Assembly (NCBI RefSeq): GCF_009914755.1
Contig: NC_060935.1
DNA length: 64,000 nucleotides
DNA from: the human T2T-CHM13v2.0 reference genome, Homo sapiens
Direction: 5' to 3' (one strand)
Position 1 is the first letter of the stretch. Each line of letters begins with the position of its first letter. Shown here piece by piece: positions 1 through 18,386 of the stretch. Below the pieces are notes generated by a model. It searched no databases, was not told where the DNA came from, and worked only from the letters and a program-made list of their open reading frames with translations. The translations under genes and the position numbers were made by a program.

Positions 1-639
1 AAATTCTCAAGTTTGTTCCAAGATGCCAACAGCTGGAGGGAAATTGAGTCAAGAGAGAAGACAGTAAAAACCTCCTCTTAGCTGGCTGGAAAACTCACCC
101 TAAGGCCACTTCACTGGACAGCATCTATTCCCTAGTTTCTGGTCCCATCAACATCATGGGTGATTTTAGGTGCTTGGAATCTAAAATCACATCGAATACT
201 CTCAACCCTACATTTTCTTAACTTTCTCGACACCAATGACTATGGATCACACCTAGCTTAAACATTGCCCAGTTGGAGATTTCAAGGGCTGCTGACATCA
301 ATATTTAACCATTTGCTCACATGTCCAGGAAGAAGGGGAGATCTGTTACTGTGCTTTGTGTTCACCCTGTCAATGCCCTCCAGTCAAAGACCATCAGGAA
401 CATACCTATTGTTGAACAAGTTGATTTACTTCTTGCAGCTTGAGAGAGTGCATGCCATGGAGAACTATGGAATGTCTAAGTAAGAGAGATGTTAGAAAGA
501 ACCTATTCTAGGATTTGGGCTTTGATTGGGTGATTTCGTGGAGGGTCCAGGGAAGTGAGGCTTCACTCAAAATTGGGTGCTGTTGGGAAGAAAGGACATG
601 CAATGATTCTTTGCAGAGGAGTGTCTTTGTAGTATATCA

Positions 640-3600
640 AGTGGGTCTTTTTCTTGAATATGTAGTATATCAAGTGGTTCTTTTTCTATTATAAACAGTG
701 CTGCTCTGAATCTCTATTTTATATATCCCCTAGTATAACCAGTTAAGAGTTTCTCTAGAAAATAAACCTAGGAGTAGAATACCTAGGTCTTGAGATGTAC
801 AAATATTCCACTTTTGATGAAATTAGCAGATGTTTCCCGAGTCAATTGTACCAATGTCCTTGAGCCACGTCCTCAGAGCAGTTGGTGGACTTCTTAATTT
901 TTGCGACTTTACTAGAAGAAGTGATATTTTATAGTTGTCTAATTTGCATTGCCTCGTTAAAAAATAATGAAGCTGAGCATCTTTTCAAGGGTTTACTCAC
1001 AGTTTAGGTTTTATCTTCTGGGAAATATCTACTTCTACCTTTTGCCCACTTTTCTATTGCTTATTTGTCTTTTTCTCAATAACTCTTAGGAGTTTTTATG
1101 TATTCTGGGTAATAATTCTCTGTGGATTAAAGATGTTGTAAAAACAAGTTTGATCTCATATTTTATTTCTTTATGATATAACAGAAGTTGTTAATTTTAC
1201 TGTAAAGTTATTAATATTTATTTTTATGTTTAGTGTATTCTTTCTACTTTTAAAGAAAACTTCATCTACACTAAAGTAAATATATTATTCCATATTTTCT
1301 TCTAAAAGTTTAAACATTTTACACTACAATTTTTGAACTATCGCTAATTGATTATTTTATATGGCTTGATGTAGGGATATATTTTTTTCAGATGGTAGCC
1401 TATTATCCCAGCCCTATTCATTGCTTAATCCCAGTGACCTGCTATGATTCATTCATACATCAAATGTTCATGTATACATAGCTTGTTTCATTAACCTATT
1501 GTCTATTCCTGCATGAATACCACACTTTATCTATTACTAGAGCTATATAATAAGTTTTGCTATCTGGTAGGGTGTTTCTCCTCCCTCCTTTCTTTTTTCA
1601 GGAGTATCTTGGCTATTCTTGGGTCTTCTGCTTGTTAAGTTCTTTGAAAATATTGTGGAATTTTTATTGGAATTGTTTGAATCTATAGAAAGAACTAACA
1701 TTTAAGTCTTCATATTCAGGAACATGTGTACCTCTTTTTAACTTTAGATCTTCTACAATGTATTTTAATAAAGTTTTATAATTCACACTATATAGATTTT
1801 ACACATATTTTGCTAAATGTATTATTAGCATACTTGTTAAACATTGTGTTGCAGATTATCTGTAAAGATAGCTGCAATAATCCCTACCATCCTGATGCAT
1901 ATCCATTTACAATGCTTTTTTCCTGTCTCATGAAGAATAAAATCTATTTTCCAGCCCCCTGAAGCTGGGCTGGCCTTGTGAATTGCTTTGGCCCACAGAA
2001 TAGAGTAGAAGTGATACCACAGAACTTCCAAGAGTAAGCCTTAAGAAGCTTTGTGGCTTCTGCTTTTCCCTATTGAAACACTTCCTAAGATGACCATGTG
2101 AAGAAGCTTGGGTTAGCCACATAGAGCAGAGATGAACTCTTTTAGCCAACAGCCAGCATCAATCACCAGACGTGTGAATGAGGCTATCCAAGGTGTCCAG
2201 CTCCAGTTCAAATCCCTAGATAATATAGTGACCACAGGCAGCACCAGCAAATGAATTGCCCACCTGAGTAGGCAAATTGCTGACACAAAGAACTGCAAAC
2301 AAATGAAACGCTATTAAGTCACACAATATTGGGGTGGTTTGTTACAGGGCAATAAAGAACTGAGATATCCTGATATTAGAAATAATGGTTTGTAGATTCT
2401 TTTGAATTTTCTATGTAGAAAGTCATAAAATCTGAATATGTGACAGTTTTGGTTTTTTATTTCCAAACTTTATATTGTTATTTCTTTTTCTCACTTTACC
2501 AGTACAATGTTGAATAGGAGTGATTGCATCTTTATTTACTTCTTCATTTTAAAAGGAATGTTTCTTGTGTTTCACCATTAAGAATGATGTTTGTTGTTAG
2601 CTTTTATGGATACTATTTATCAGGTTTTACAAGTTTCCTTTACTTCTAGTTTGTTAAGAGATCTTAATCATAATTAAGTATTAAAGTTTACAAGTGCTTT
2701 TTTTGGGCATCTATTGAGATAGTTTGTCTCCTTTAATCTGCTAATGTGGCAAATGATATTTATGAATTTGCTAATGTTAAATTATTCTTGCATTCCTGGG
2801 AAAAATAGAGTTTGGTCATGATAGATACCCCTTTTAAACATTCTTGGATTCACTTGCTTATATTTTGTTTAGAATGGCTTGCATCTATGTTCATGAAATT
2901 GACCTATAATTTTTTTCCTCTTACTTTCCTTGTTTCATTTTGATATCACGGTTGCGCCAATCTCAAAGGATGAGTTCAAAAGTATTCACACTTTTTAAAT
3001 TTCCTGCAATATTTTATATATAATGGAAAATATCTGTTGCTTGAATGTTTGGTAGAACTCTCCTGAAAAAACATTTAAGCTGATTTTTTAAATAGGATGA
3101 TTTTAATTTTTTTCTGGCACAATTTCTTTAATAATAACAAGACTATTCAATATTTTAATTCTTTTTTAGTCAGTTTTAGTATGATACATTTTTCTGGACA
3201 ATTTTCCACTTTGCCTAAGTTTTCAAACTGATTTTGTTCTCTCATGATATAGTTTGGATGTTCATCTGCTCCAAGTCTCATGTTGATTTCTAGTTTTATT
3301 ACATTGTGGTCAAAGAAGATACTTGATGTTATTTCAATGCTTTTGGATTTTTAAGACTTGTTTTGTGGCTTAACACATGGCATATCCTTGAGAATGATCT
3401 TCATGCTGAGGAGAAGGGTGTGTATTCTGTAGCCATTGGATAAAATGTTCTGTAAATATTCTGTTAGGTCCATTTGGTCTATAGCACAGATTAAGTCCAA
3501 TGTTTCCTTTTTAATTTTCTGTCTGGGAGATCTATCCAATTCTGAAAGTGAGGTGTTAAAGTCTATAACTTTTATTTTCTATCTCTGTCTTTAGCTCTAA

Positions 3601-3697
3601 TAATATTTGCTTTATATATTTGGGTGCTCAAGTGTTGGGTGCAAATATAGTTAGAGTTGCTATGCCCTCTTGCTATTTGAAATGTTATCATTATATA
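640..3697 (-). mobile_element. Old LINE-1 (L1M-type) fragments, antisense, including the ORF2 endonuclease part of the L1MA split by the HERV-L
   Basis: T-rich + strand. ORF 3351..3539(-) MDRSPRQKIKKETLDL...MDLT resembles L1 ORF2 endonuclease. Boundaries approximate; probably several elements. Confidence 0.7.
1930..2365 (+). mobile_element. MaLR (MLT1-type) solo LTR
   Basis: MLT1-like motifs gctgggctggccttgtga...ctttggcc and the 3' end ggggtggtttgttacagggcaata. Confidence 0.55.
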
Positions 3698-3702
3698 GTG
3701 AC

Positions 3703-3925
3703 TGTATTGGTCAGGGTTCTCTAGAGAGACAGAACTAATAGGATATATATATATGTATGTATATTTATAGATGTATAGATTTACATATACATATATGTAT
3801 ATGTATAGATTTACATATACATATATGTATATGTATAGATTTACATATACATATATGTATATGTATAGATTTACATATACATATATGTATATGTATATAT
3901 ATATAGATGTAGATATATGTATGTA

Positions 3926-3957
<32 letters not shown>

Positions 3958-4346
3958 GGAGTTTGTTAAGGAGTATTAATTCACACAATCACAAGGTCCC
4001 AAAATAGGCCATCTGCAAGCTGAGGAGCAAGGAAGCCAGTCTGAGTCCCAAAGCTGAAGAACTTGGAGTCTGATGTTCTAGGGCAGGAAGCATCCAACAT
4101 GGGAGAAAGATGTAGGCTGGGAGGCTAAGCCAGTCTAGTTAATCCACATTCTTCTGCCTGGTTTTTATTCTGGCCACGCTGGCAGTTGATTAGATTGTGC
4201 TCACCCAGATTAAGGATGGGTCTTCCTTTCCCAGTCCACTGACCCAAATATTAAACTCCTTTGGCAACACCCTCACATAAACACCCAGGAAAAATACTTT
4301 GCATCCTTCAAGCCAATCAAATTGACACTCACTATTAACCATCACA
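3703..4346 (-). mobile_element. HERV-L 3' LTR (MLT2A)
   Basis: tgtattggtcagggttctctagagagacagaactaatagg...tattaaccatcaca is typical antisense MLT2A; adjacent to the PPT aaggggtggact(-). Confidence 0.9.
3771..3950. repeat. Four exact copies of a 30-bp unit (ATGTATAGATTTACATATACATATATGTAT, 3771-3890) followed by (TG)n
   Basis: Read directly; lies in the TA-rich tract of the MLT2A LTR. Confidence 0.95.
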
Positions 4347-4715
4347 AGTCCACCCCTTGTCAACTTGAATCCATACGCAATCTCCTGAGATCATATATAA
4401 TCTTCAAATAAAGACAATAATAAGGTCATAATTATGCCTAACATAATACAACTGTCAGTTGTGCAACCAGAAATGCACCAATCCCCGACCCAAATGCTAC
4501 TACATAAAGTTAACAATACTTAAATGCTGATATGAAGCCAATAAATTTTATGTCACATGATTTTAAAAAAAGGAAATAAAATGATGATGTTTTCTTAGTA
4601 CAAGTGTATACATGCACAAACATGTTTTTAACAAAAGAAGTACATGACAATTATAGTCCTTGTTTCTGCAGCTGGTCATGTGGTCCTAGCTGGTATTGGT
4701 GACTGCCTTCTACTA

Positions 4716-5174
4716 CTATTTTGTATTCCCTTTGCCTTCAGCAAGCACCTCAGCAGGTTGTGGTTTTTTTCCTGATGGAGTGACCCAAACCTTCATTCCT
4801 GAAGGGTCTGGGCCATTTGTAGTCCTGCTTGGATCGGGCTGTTGTAGTTTTCCATTGACCTTAATCACAGGGCATGGTAATACTAAGAGACACCCTAATG
4901 GATCTTCTGTATTCCATGCATACTCTTTCTTACCTCCGTTGTGGAGTAGTAGACTGATTTCATCTTGAAAGTCGGGGTCAGTCTCCCCAACCAAAACTGT
5001 AACTCCCTTCTCACCCTGTTGGCTTAAAGGTAGGAGGAACCCAAAGTGTCCAGGTGGCAATCTTAACTTCCAGTTTAATGAAATCATTGTTGTGTCTCCT
5101 GGTGGCAGCGTTCCTCCTTCTGGAACTAAGACCTCTAGGCCAGCAGAACGTAATGTCACGGGAACAGAAAGCAA
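4716..5174 (-). pseudogene. HERV-L dUTPase region
   Basis: 152 open codons including WKLRLPPGHFGFLLPLS and VLVGETDPDFQDEI (degenerate dUTPase motif 3); located after integrase, as is characteristic of ERV-L. Confidence 0.85.
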
Positions 5175-5179
5175 AATTT

Positions 5180-9790
<4,611 letters not shown>

Positions 9791-9899
9791 AGGCCAGAGT
9801 TCTCCTTGGGGAAGGATGGGAGAAAGATTTATAGCATAAATTGTTGGTAGTATAGTGGGGTCCTTCTTCAAGGGGAGCAGACTTCCCCTTCATTCAAGA

Positions 9900-11635
9900 G
9901 GTTCTGGGTCTACAAAATGGCTCCAGTCTGGATATTGATTGAGGGGCCATGATTCTCTGTTTTTATATTTAAAATTAGTCTTTGTCCACTTGAACTGGAA
10001 TTTTTCTGCTTATATAAATTAAGTAGGAATGCAGTAGGATTCCTATTAATTTCACTTCTAGAAACACCGTGATTAATTAGCCAGTGCCAGAGCTCTGCAT
10101 AAGTCAAACGATTCAGATTGTTGCTTTGCCTCTGTTGTCCATTATGGTAGCCATGCCCACCTTACCTTTGATGGTTGAGTGCTGCCACTTGGCCCTGCCA
10201 TCTCGGGATCCAGTTATTTCCATTGTATTTAAATTTTGTGGTTGAGTGACTGGGGTTCCCATTGTTAGATCTGGCATACATCAAGATCTAGAAGAGCAAT
10301 CCTTACAGAGCTCTTCAAAGATATAGGTGTTGCCCTCACAAATGTATTTCAGAAAGCATTGGTCAAGGATATATATTCTGGACCCTCCCAGCTGGAATGA
10401 GAAGGTCTAAAGTGACTAATCCACTCCACCATTCCAATCTCCCTACACCTTTGGATCCCGTTCTAAACCAAGAGAGGAAATCAGGTATTTCCAGCTCGCT
10501 CACAGTGGGCCATCTTTTAAGCTATATTTTAGCTAACCAAGCAGACAAACTATTAGAATCTTTTTTAACTCCCTGAGCTACAACATTAAATGTAGAATCC
10601 CTATTTAGTAGGCCCAAATCAACAAATTCACGTGATCAAACTCTATGTTCCTTCTACCATCATCCCACACCTTAATATCCATTCCCATGACTCTTCTCAA
10701 GATTTCTGCTTATATAAATTAGAGAACTCAAGCAGTTCTTTTTGAGTGTAGCACATCTCCTCATGGTCACATTCTGAGCCTCACTTCTAGGAGCCCGCTA
10801 GGACTTTAGTCTTGTTATAGTTCTAGAAGCAAACAGAGGTGTTGGGGATAGCTCCTGAGGAGAATCAACTTATATTGCCTGGCAACTGCCTCAGGGGAGG
10901 CCATCACTGTTGCCTCAGGCAGCACAGGGTTTAACCCCTCAGACAAAGGTGGAAAGGTTGATGGGAGTGTGGGTCAGGGAGGGGATGTTGCCACTACTGG
11001 GAATGAGAAAGCTATTTCTTCTGGCAAAAAAAATTCATCAGAGTTTACAAGCTCAGTGTCCCCAGTGTCATCAGGGTCCTCCCACATATCCCCATTCCCA
11101 GTTGCAAGGTCCCATTCTTTTCCAATCAATGCCCTCATTTTAACAGTAGACACCTGGCAAGGCTGTGGATGCACCTTTCATTGCAGGCCAGCCACTCGCA
11201 TGATAAAAGCTTGTGTCTGGTTTTCCACAGCTTCATCTTTTCTCTTCAGGAGATAAGACTCATACTCAGGGCAATCTTAGAAGATTTGAGGCTCAGTATC
11301 TGCTTCTGAAGCCAGGAGTTAGAATCTCTGAGTTCACCATTTTCTTTCATCACTTTGTCCAGTGAACTTAGGAGCAACCAACCAACTTCATTATGTTCCT
11401 TGGTTCTCCACATATGGTCAAAGTTATTATGTACAGAGTCACTAAACTCCTTGCCTCTCATGAGCAGTGAATCAGGAGTGTCAAATGCACTTATTTTGCA
11501 TAACTCTGTAAACAGCTCATGCCAGGGACTATTAGTGTTCTCCATACTATTAGAAGTAGAGTCCTTAGCATTTTGGGGTCTAATCATATTTAGCAGCCAA
11601 CTCCAGAAACCCCAAAACCAACAAAAGAACTCCAT
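9900..11635 (-). pseudogene. HERV-L gag, disrupted
   Basis: ORF fragments MEFFCWFW...SPWHELFTELCKI, KMRALIGKEWD...GDMWEDPD and LWHWLINHGV are typical of ERV-L gag. Confidence 0.85.
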
Positions 11636-11661
11636 CCTTAATATTTGTTGGTACCAAAATG

Positions 11662-12666
11662 TGTATTACTCAGGGTTCTCTAGAAAGACAGAACTAATAT
11701 ATATATTATATGTATATAATATATATATCATATATATAATATATAATATATATAATATACATCATATATATAATATATATTATATATATTATATATTTCA
11801 TATATATAATATATATAATCTATAAAATATATAATATATAATATATAAAATATATAATATATAATATATAAAATATATTATATATATTATATATAAAATA
11901 TAAAATATATAATATATAAAATATATATTATATATAATATATAAAATATATATTATATATAATATCTAAAATATATATTATATATAATATCTAAAATATA
12001 TATTATATATAATTTATAATATAAAATATATAAAATATAGATTATATATAATATATATAATATAAAATATATATAATATATAATATAATATATATTTTAT
12101 ATTATATATAATATGTAAAATATATATTATATTATATATTATATAAAATATATATTTTATAATATATATTTTATATATAATATATAATATATAAAATACA
12201 TATTATGTATTATATATCAAATATATATTATATATTTGATATATAATATATATTAGATATATAATATATAATACATATATGGGAATTTATTAAGGAGTAT
12301 TAATTCACACAATCACAAGGTCCCAAAATAGGCCATTTGCAAGCTGAGGAGCAAGGAAGCCAGTTTGAGTCCCAAAGCTGAAGAACTTGGAGTCTGATGT
12401 TGGAGGGCAGGAAGCATACAGCATGGGAGAAAGATGTAGGCTGGGAGGCTAAGCCAGTCTAGTCTATTCACGTTCTTCTGCCTGGTTTTTGTTCTGGCCA
12501 CGCTGGCAGTTGATAAGATTGTGCCCACTCAGAGTAAGGGTGGGTCTGCCTTTTCCAGTCCACTGGCTCAAATGTTAATCTCTTTTGGCCACACCCTCAC
12601 AGAAACAGTCAGGAATAATACTTTACATCCTTCAATTCAATCAAGTTGACAGTATTAACCATCACA
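11662..12666 (-). mobile_element. HERV-L 5' LTR (MLT2A) with expanded AT tract
   Basis: Homologous to 3703-4346; abuts the PBS-region sequence ttttggtacc(-). Confidence 0.9.
11697..12280. repeat. About 580-bp (TA)-derived AT-rich low-complexity tract
   Basis: Almost pure A/T, read directly. Confidence 0.95.
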
Positions 12667-14651
12667 GTGACCTTCTTTGTCTTTTTTTATAGTTTTTGTC
12701 TTGAAATCTATTTTGTCTGATATTAGTATAGCTACTCCTGCTCTTTTTTGGTTTCTATTTGCATGGAATATTTTTTCCATCTCTTTATTTTCAGCCTATA
12801 TGTGTCTTTGTAGATGAAGTATGTTTCTTGCAGGCAACGAATTGTTGGATCTTATTTTGTAACCTATTCAGCCACTCAACATCTTTTGTTTGGAGAGTTT
12901 AGTTTATTTACATTCAATGTTATCATTGTTAAGTAAGGACTTACTTCTGCCATTTTGTTACTTTTTTTTCTGGTTGTTTCATGGTCTTCTTTCTTCTTTT
13001 CTTCTTTCCTGTCTTCCTTTTAGTGAAGGTGATTTTCTCTGATGACATGTTTTAATTTATTGCTTTTTATATTTCGTGTTATCTGTTGTAAGTTTCCAAA
13101 TATGAAGTTACGATGAGGCTTGCAAATAATATCTTATAACCTGTTGTTTTAAACTGATGACAACTTAACAGTGATTGCATAAACAAACTAACAAGTAAAG
13201 AGAAAACTGATAAAAACTCTACACTTTAACATCATGCCCCTACTTTTAACTTTTTGTTGTTTCTACTTATATCTTATTGTACTATGTCTTGAAAAGTTGT
13301 AATTATTATTTTTGATCAGTTCATCTTTTAGTCTTCCCACTCAAGATATGAGTAGCTTACACACCACAATTACAGTGTTTTGATATTCTGTCTTTTTGTG
13401 TACTTACTATTACTAGTGAGTTTTGTGCCTTCGGATAATTTCTTATTTTTTATTAAGGTGCTTTTCTTTCAGATTAAAGAACTCCCTTTAGCTTTCTCAT
13501 AGGATAGGTCTGGTGTTGATGAAATCTCTCAGCTTTTGTTTGTCTGGGAAAGTCTTGAATTCTCCTTCATGTTTGAATAATATTTTCACCAGACATACTA
13601 TTCTGCAATAAAAGTTCTTTTTCCTTTGGCACTTTCAATATATTATGTCACTCTTTCCTGGCCTGCAAGGCTTCCACTGAGAAGTCTGCTGCTAGGCATA
13701 TTGAAGCTCCACTATATGTTATTTGTTTCTTTTCTCTTCCTACTTTTAGAATCCTTTCTTTATTATTGACCTTTGGGAGTTTGATTATTGAATGTCTTGA
13801 GTTAATGTTATTTGGGTCAAATCTGCTCAGTAACCTTCTTGCACTTGAATATTGATATCTTTCTCTTGGTTTGGGAAGTTTTCTGTTATTATCCCTTTGA
13901 ATAAACTTTCTACCCTCATCTCTCGATTTTCTCTTGAAGGCCCAAAACTCTTAGATTTGCCCTTTTGAAGTTATTTTCTTGATATCGTAGGCATACTTTC
14001 ATTCTCTTCTATTCTTCTTCCTTTTGTCTCCTATAACTGTGTATTTTCAAATAGCCTGTCTTCAAACTCACTAATTCTTTCTTCTGCTTGATTAATTCCA
14101 CTATTAACAGATTCTGATGTGTTCTTCAGTATTTCACTTGCAGTTTTTAACTCCAGAATTTCTACTGGATTCTTTTAAATTATTTCAATCTCTTTGTTAA
14201 ATTTATCTGATAGGATTCTGAATTCCTCTCTGTGTTCTCTTGAATTTCTTTGAGTTTCCTCAAAACAGCCATTTTGAATTATCTGTCTGAAAGGTCACAC
14301 ATCTGTGTCTCTCTGGGATTAGTCACCGGTGACTTATTTAGTTCATTTGGTGAGGTCATATTTCCTGAATGGTCTTGATGCTTGTGGATGTTCATTGGAG
14401 TCTGGGTTTGTTTGCACCCTTCCTTCCTGGGAAGGCTTTCTAGGTATTCAAAGGAACTTGGGTGTTGTGATTTAGTTTTTGGTGACTGCAGCTGTATCTG
14501 CATTAGGGGGCACCCCAAGTCCAGTAACACTGTGGCTCCTGCAGACTTGAAGAGATACCACCCTATGGTCTTAGATAAGATCTAGAAGAATCCTCTGGAT
14601 TATCAGACATAGACTCTTATTCTCTTCCTTTTCTTTCTCCAAAACAAGCAG

Positions 14652-14721
14652 TCTCTCTCTCCTCTCCTCTCCTCTCCTCTCCTCTTCTCTCTCCCTTTCT
14701 CTCTCTCTCTCCTTCTCTCTC
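14652..14721. repeat. (CT)n/(CTCCT)n polypyrimidine microsatellite
   Basis: Read directly. Confidence 0.9.
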
Positions 14722-15694
14722 TGTTTGTGCTGAGCTGCCTGGAGCTGGAAGAAGGGTGACACAAGTATCCCTGTGGCCACCATCACTGAGACTGTGCTGC
14801 GTCAGACCTGAAGCCAGCACAGCACCAGGTGTCACCAAAGGCCTGTGGTAACCACTGTCTGGCTACCAGCTATGTTCGCTCAAGGCCCTAAGGCTCTAGA
14901 GTCAGCAGGTGGCAATGCCAGCCAGGCTTGTATCCATTACTTCAGGGTGCCAAGTTTCCACCAGTCCTGGGCAGGTCCAGAGATGTCACCTGGGAGCCAG
15001 GGCCTGGGGTAAGAAACTTTAGGAATCTACCTGGTGCTCTATTTTACTCCAGCTGAGCTGGCACCCAAGCCCAAGGCAATGTCTTTCCCACTCTTCCCTC
15101 TCCTTTCCTCAAGCAGAGGTGTCTCTTCCCTTGGTCACCACTGCCCCAGGCCCATGGTCAATACTGCCTGGCTACTGCTGATGTTCATTCATGGATCAAG
15201 GGCTCTTGAGTCAGCTTATGAATGCTGCTAAGCATAGGACTCTCCTTTCTAGGCAGTGGGCTCCACTATGGCCACTAGGGCAGGTCCAGAAATGCCATAC
15301 AAGAGCTAAACCCTGGAATTGGGGACCCCAAGAGCCCACTTGGTTCTCTACTGCACTGAGGCCACACCGGTACCTAAGCTGCAAGACAAAGTCCCCTTTA
15401 TCCTTCCTTCAACTTTTCTCAAGCAGAAGGAGCCCCTTCCCATAGCCACCACAGCTGGAAAGGTGCTTGGTGACATCTGAAGCCAACATGTCTCTTAGTC
15501 TCACCCAAGGCCAATGGCAAGTACTGCTTGGGTTCTATTGCAAATTATTGAGGGCCCTTGGGCTCTAGAGAGAGCAGGTGATGAATGCTGCCAGGACTGG
15601 GTCATTCCCTTCAAACCAATGGGTTCCCTTCTGGCCCAGGGTGTCTAGAAATGTTGTCTGGGAGCTAGGGCCTGAAATGGGGGACTCAGGACTC

Positions 15695-15758
15695 TGTCTT
15701 ATGCCCTATCCTACTGTGGCTGAGCTTGTCTTATGCCCTGTCCTACTGTGGCTGAGCT
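15695..15758. repeat. 32-bp tandem duplication (1 mismatch)
   Basis: tgtcttatgccct(a/g)tcctactgtggctgagct twice. Confidence 0.9.
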
Positions 15759-16529
15759 GATATCCAAGTTGCAATACACAGTCCTGTTTACTCTTCCTGC
15801 TCCTCTCCTCCAACCACAGAAAGGAGTCTTTTTCAAAGCTGCAAGCTGTGATGCCTGGTGTTGGCAGAGGGATGATGCAAGCACTCCCTTGGCTGCACCA
15901 GCTGGTGTCTCACTAGATCATATGCTCAAGTCCACTGGCTTCAAGCCCAGCACAGCATCAGGAATCCCCCCTAGAATTGCAGTCCTTGTGTCCTAGACAG
16001 ACTTTTAAAAGTTTATTTAGGACCCCAGAGCACTTTAACCCATGGTCGTGAGTCTTTTTGGAATTCAGGTTCCAACCACTGGGATGTGTAATTCCTCTCT
16101 GGCGAGGGCTGGTCTAAATGCTCCTTCTGTGGGTGCTGGCTGAGTTCTGCCTGGTGTTGTTTCTCCCTGTGACAGGGCAGCACTGCGTTCCAATGCAAAG
16201 CCCCACAATGACTGCACTCTCCCTCCCGCAAGTGCAGAGATTCTCTCTCTGTTCCATGCGGCAGCTGCCGGGTGATGAGGGAGGGGTGGTGTCAGCAATT
16301 CAAGACTGTCTTTCTTACCTTCTTCAGTGCCTCTTTCAGTGATATGAAGTTAAAACCAGGTATTGTGATCACTCATTGGATGTTTGGTTGTTATGAGGGT
16401 GCTTTTTTTGTGTGGACAGTTGTTCAATCTGGTGTTTTTGCAGGAAGACAATCAGTGAAGGCTTCTATTCAGCCATCTTGCTTCACCTCCCTTGGTAATC
16501 TCATATTTAATGAGTGCTAAGTACTTTGA

Positions 16530-16925
<396 letters not shown>

Positions 16926-16999
16926 TTAAGCAAGACCTAGTTGTTTTGAAACAGGAAGACCTCTCAAACATCTAGTCTCAAGTATTTAGCAGAGAAGTT

Positions 17000-17960
17000 C
17001 CACATATCACTTTTTACCTGTTGCAATCTGGCTTTAACCCCTACTACATGTCTGAAACTACTTATGCCAAGTCACTCAATGTTTTCATTGTTGCCAAATT
17101 TAACATGCACTTTTAACTTCATTTCATATGTGAGCCCCCTGCCCTTGTAGTCCCGAATGCTCCCTTTTTCTTGAAACTCTCTTGTTCTTTTGATTGTGTG
17201 ATATAGTTATCTCCTATATATTCTCCTATCTTGCTGGCTGTGCCTTTTAAGCCTTCTTGGTGAAGTCCTTTTAAATTTTCTACACATACTGATGCCTCAG
17301 AAATCTATCTGCAGCTTTCTTCACCTTCTACTTTGTATACTTTCCTGAAATAATTTCATCAACTGCTAGGCTCAGTACCCTGAATTCCCCCCCATCGTGT
17401 CTTGCACTTCCAAGCTTTTATACATGCTTCTCCCTCTGCTTGGAGTGTGTCCTCTCATACTTTTAAAAACCAGATTAACTAACAAGTCTTTCTAAGAAAG
17501 ACTCAACTCAGGTCTGTTCTCCTCCAAGATGCCTTTGCTGACATCTAATCTACATGCTCCCAGAGCACCTTGTATCTACTTCTGCCATTGCATTTTACAC
17601 ACTATATTGTAATCTGTTTACTGATCTGTCTTCCTGACATAGTTATGCTGTATCAGCAGTGTCTAGCACAGGGCCTAGTCCATGGTAGGTAAACAAATGT
17701 TTGTCGAATAAATAAAAGAACACCTGAATAAGTAAATGAATGAACGGGTAAGTGATTTTGGAACGGACAATTTGGGGTTTGGAAAGAGGGTAAAGGAGGT
17801 GAAAGGAGAAGAAGAGAAATGACTGGTATATTTAAGCAGCTTGTTTTGTTACCCTTGTTTATGTGGAATAAAGTTGTCATTTCATTTCATCAAAAGTTTA
17901 TTGAGCATCCAGTATGTGCTAGGCACTCTGCTGGATGCTAGTAATACAAAGATGAAGATG
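17000..17960. mobile_element. L2 fragments, including opposed L2 3' ends (about 17650-17745 on +, about 17880-17960 on -)
   Basis: L2 3'-end motifs agtgtctagcacagggcc...gaataaata and tttattgagcatccagtatgtgctaggcact. Confidence 0.6.
17897..17902 (-). terminator. HEPACAM: Distal HEPACAM poly(A) signal AATAAA
   Basis: TTTATT on + strand about 1.9 kb after the stop codon; usage is inferred. Confidence 0.6.
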
Positions 17961-18386
17961 AAAACAACACAAAAACAAACCCCACTTCCTTACTTACCCC
18001 TCCCCACCCCCAATTTAAGGCAGATTTGGCTTAAGCCTGGCAAGCTGGCCCCTCAGGGATTCAGCACCAGGGTATGGCATGTTCTCATCTCACCCTAACC
18101 TTCACCTGTGCATCTCAAGGCTGACCAGCAGGTACTCCTTATCCAAGTCCTGCTGCCTCTTCCACCTTCTTGAGAAACTTTTCCCCTACATGCATTATCT
18201 CATTATGGATGAGGCACCTGGGAAGTTTAGGGGAGCTGCGAAGGCACACCTGCTCAAATGAGCCTGGGGAAGTGCCGAGGGACAGGGAGCTGAGACAGGC
18301 ATGCTGTGGGGTTCAGGGCAGAGGGGGCAAACTAGAAATGTCAGTGCCTTTGGGGCTGAGACAAAACTTGACCTGGTGTGGAGGTG

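Larger units (their letters stand above)
12672..16490 (-). mobile_element. L1MA-type LINE 5' portion (ORF2 start, inter-ORF, ORF1, repetitive 5' UTR)
   Basis: Continues the L1 sequence across the HERV-L TSD. ORF1 start-like MTSPNELNKSPVTNPRETQMCDLSDR (14279..14530). Recurrent 5' UTR sub-repeats at about 14870, 15190 and 15550. Confidence 0.8.

Noticed and set aside
3771-3890. 30-bp direct repeats as a CRISPR-like array
   Set aside because: Head-to-tail with no spacers, inside an LTR microsatellite, in eukaryotic DNA.
3572-4007. ORFs with YIYIYVYVNL / MYRFTYTY repeats (also 11355..11825)
   Set aside because: Translations of TA-rich tandem repeats.
17650-17960. Tail-to-tail L2 ends as a miR-28/151-type hairpin
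   Set aside because: About 150 nt apart, diverged, with no convincing stem by eye.
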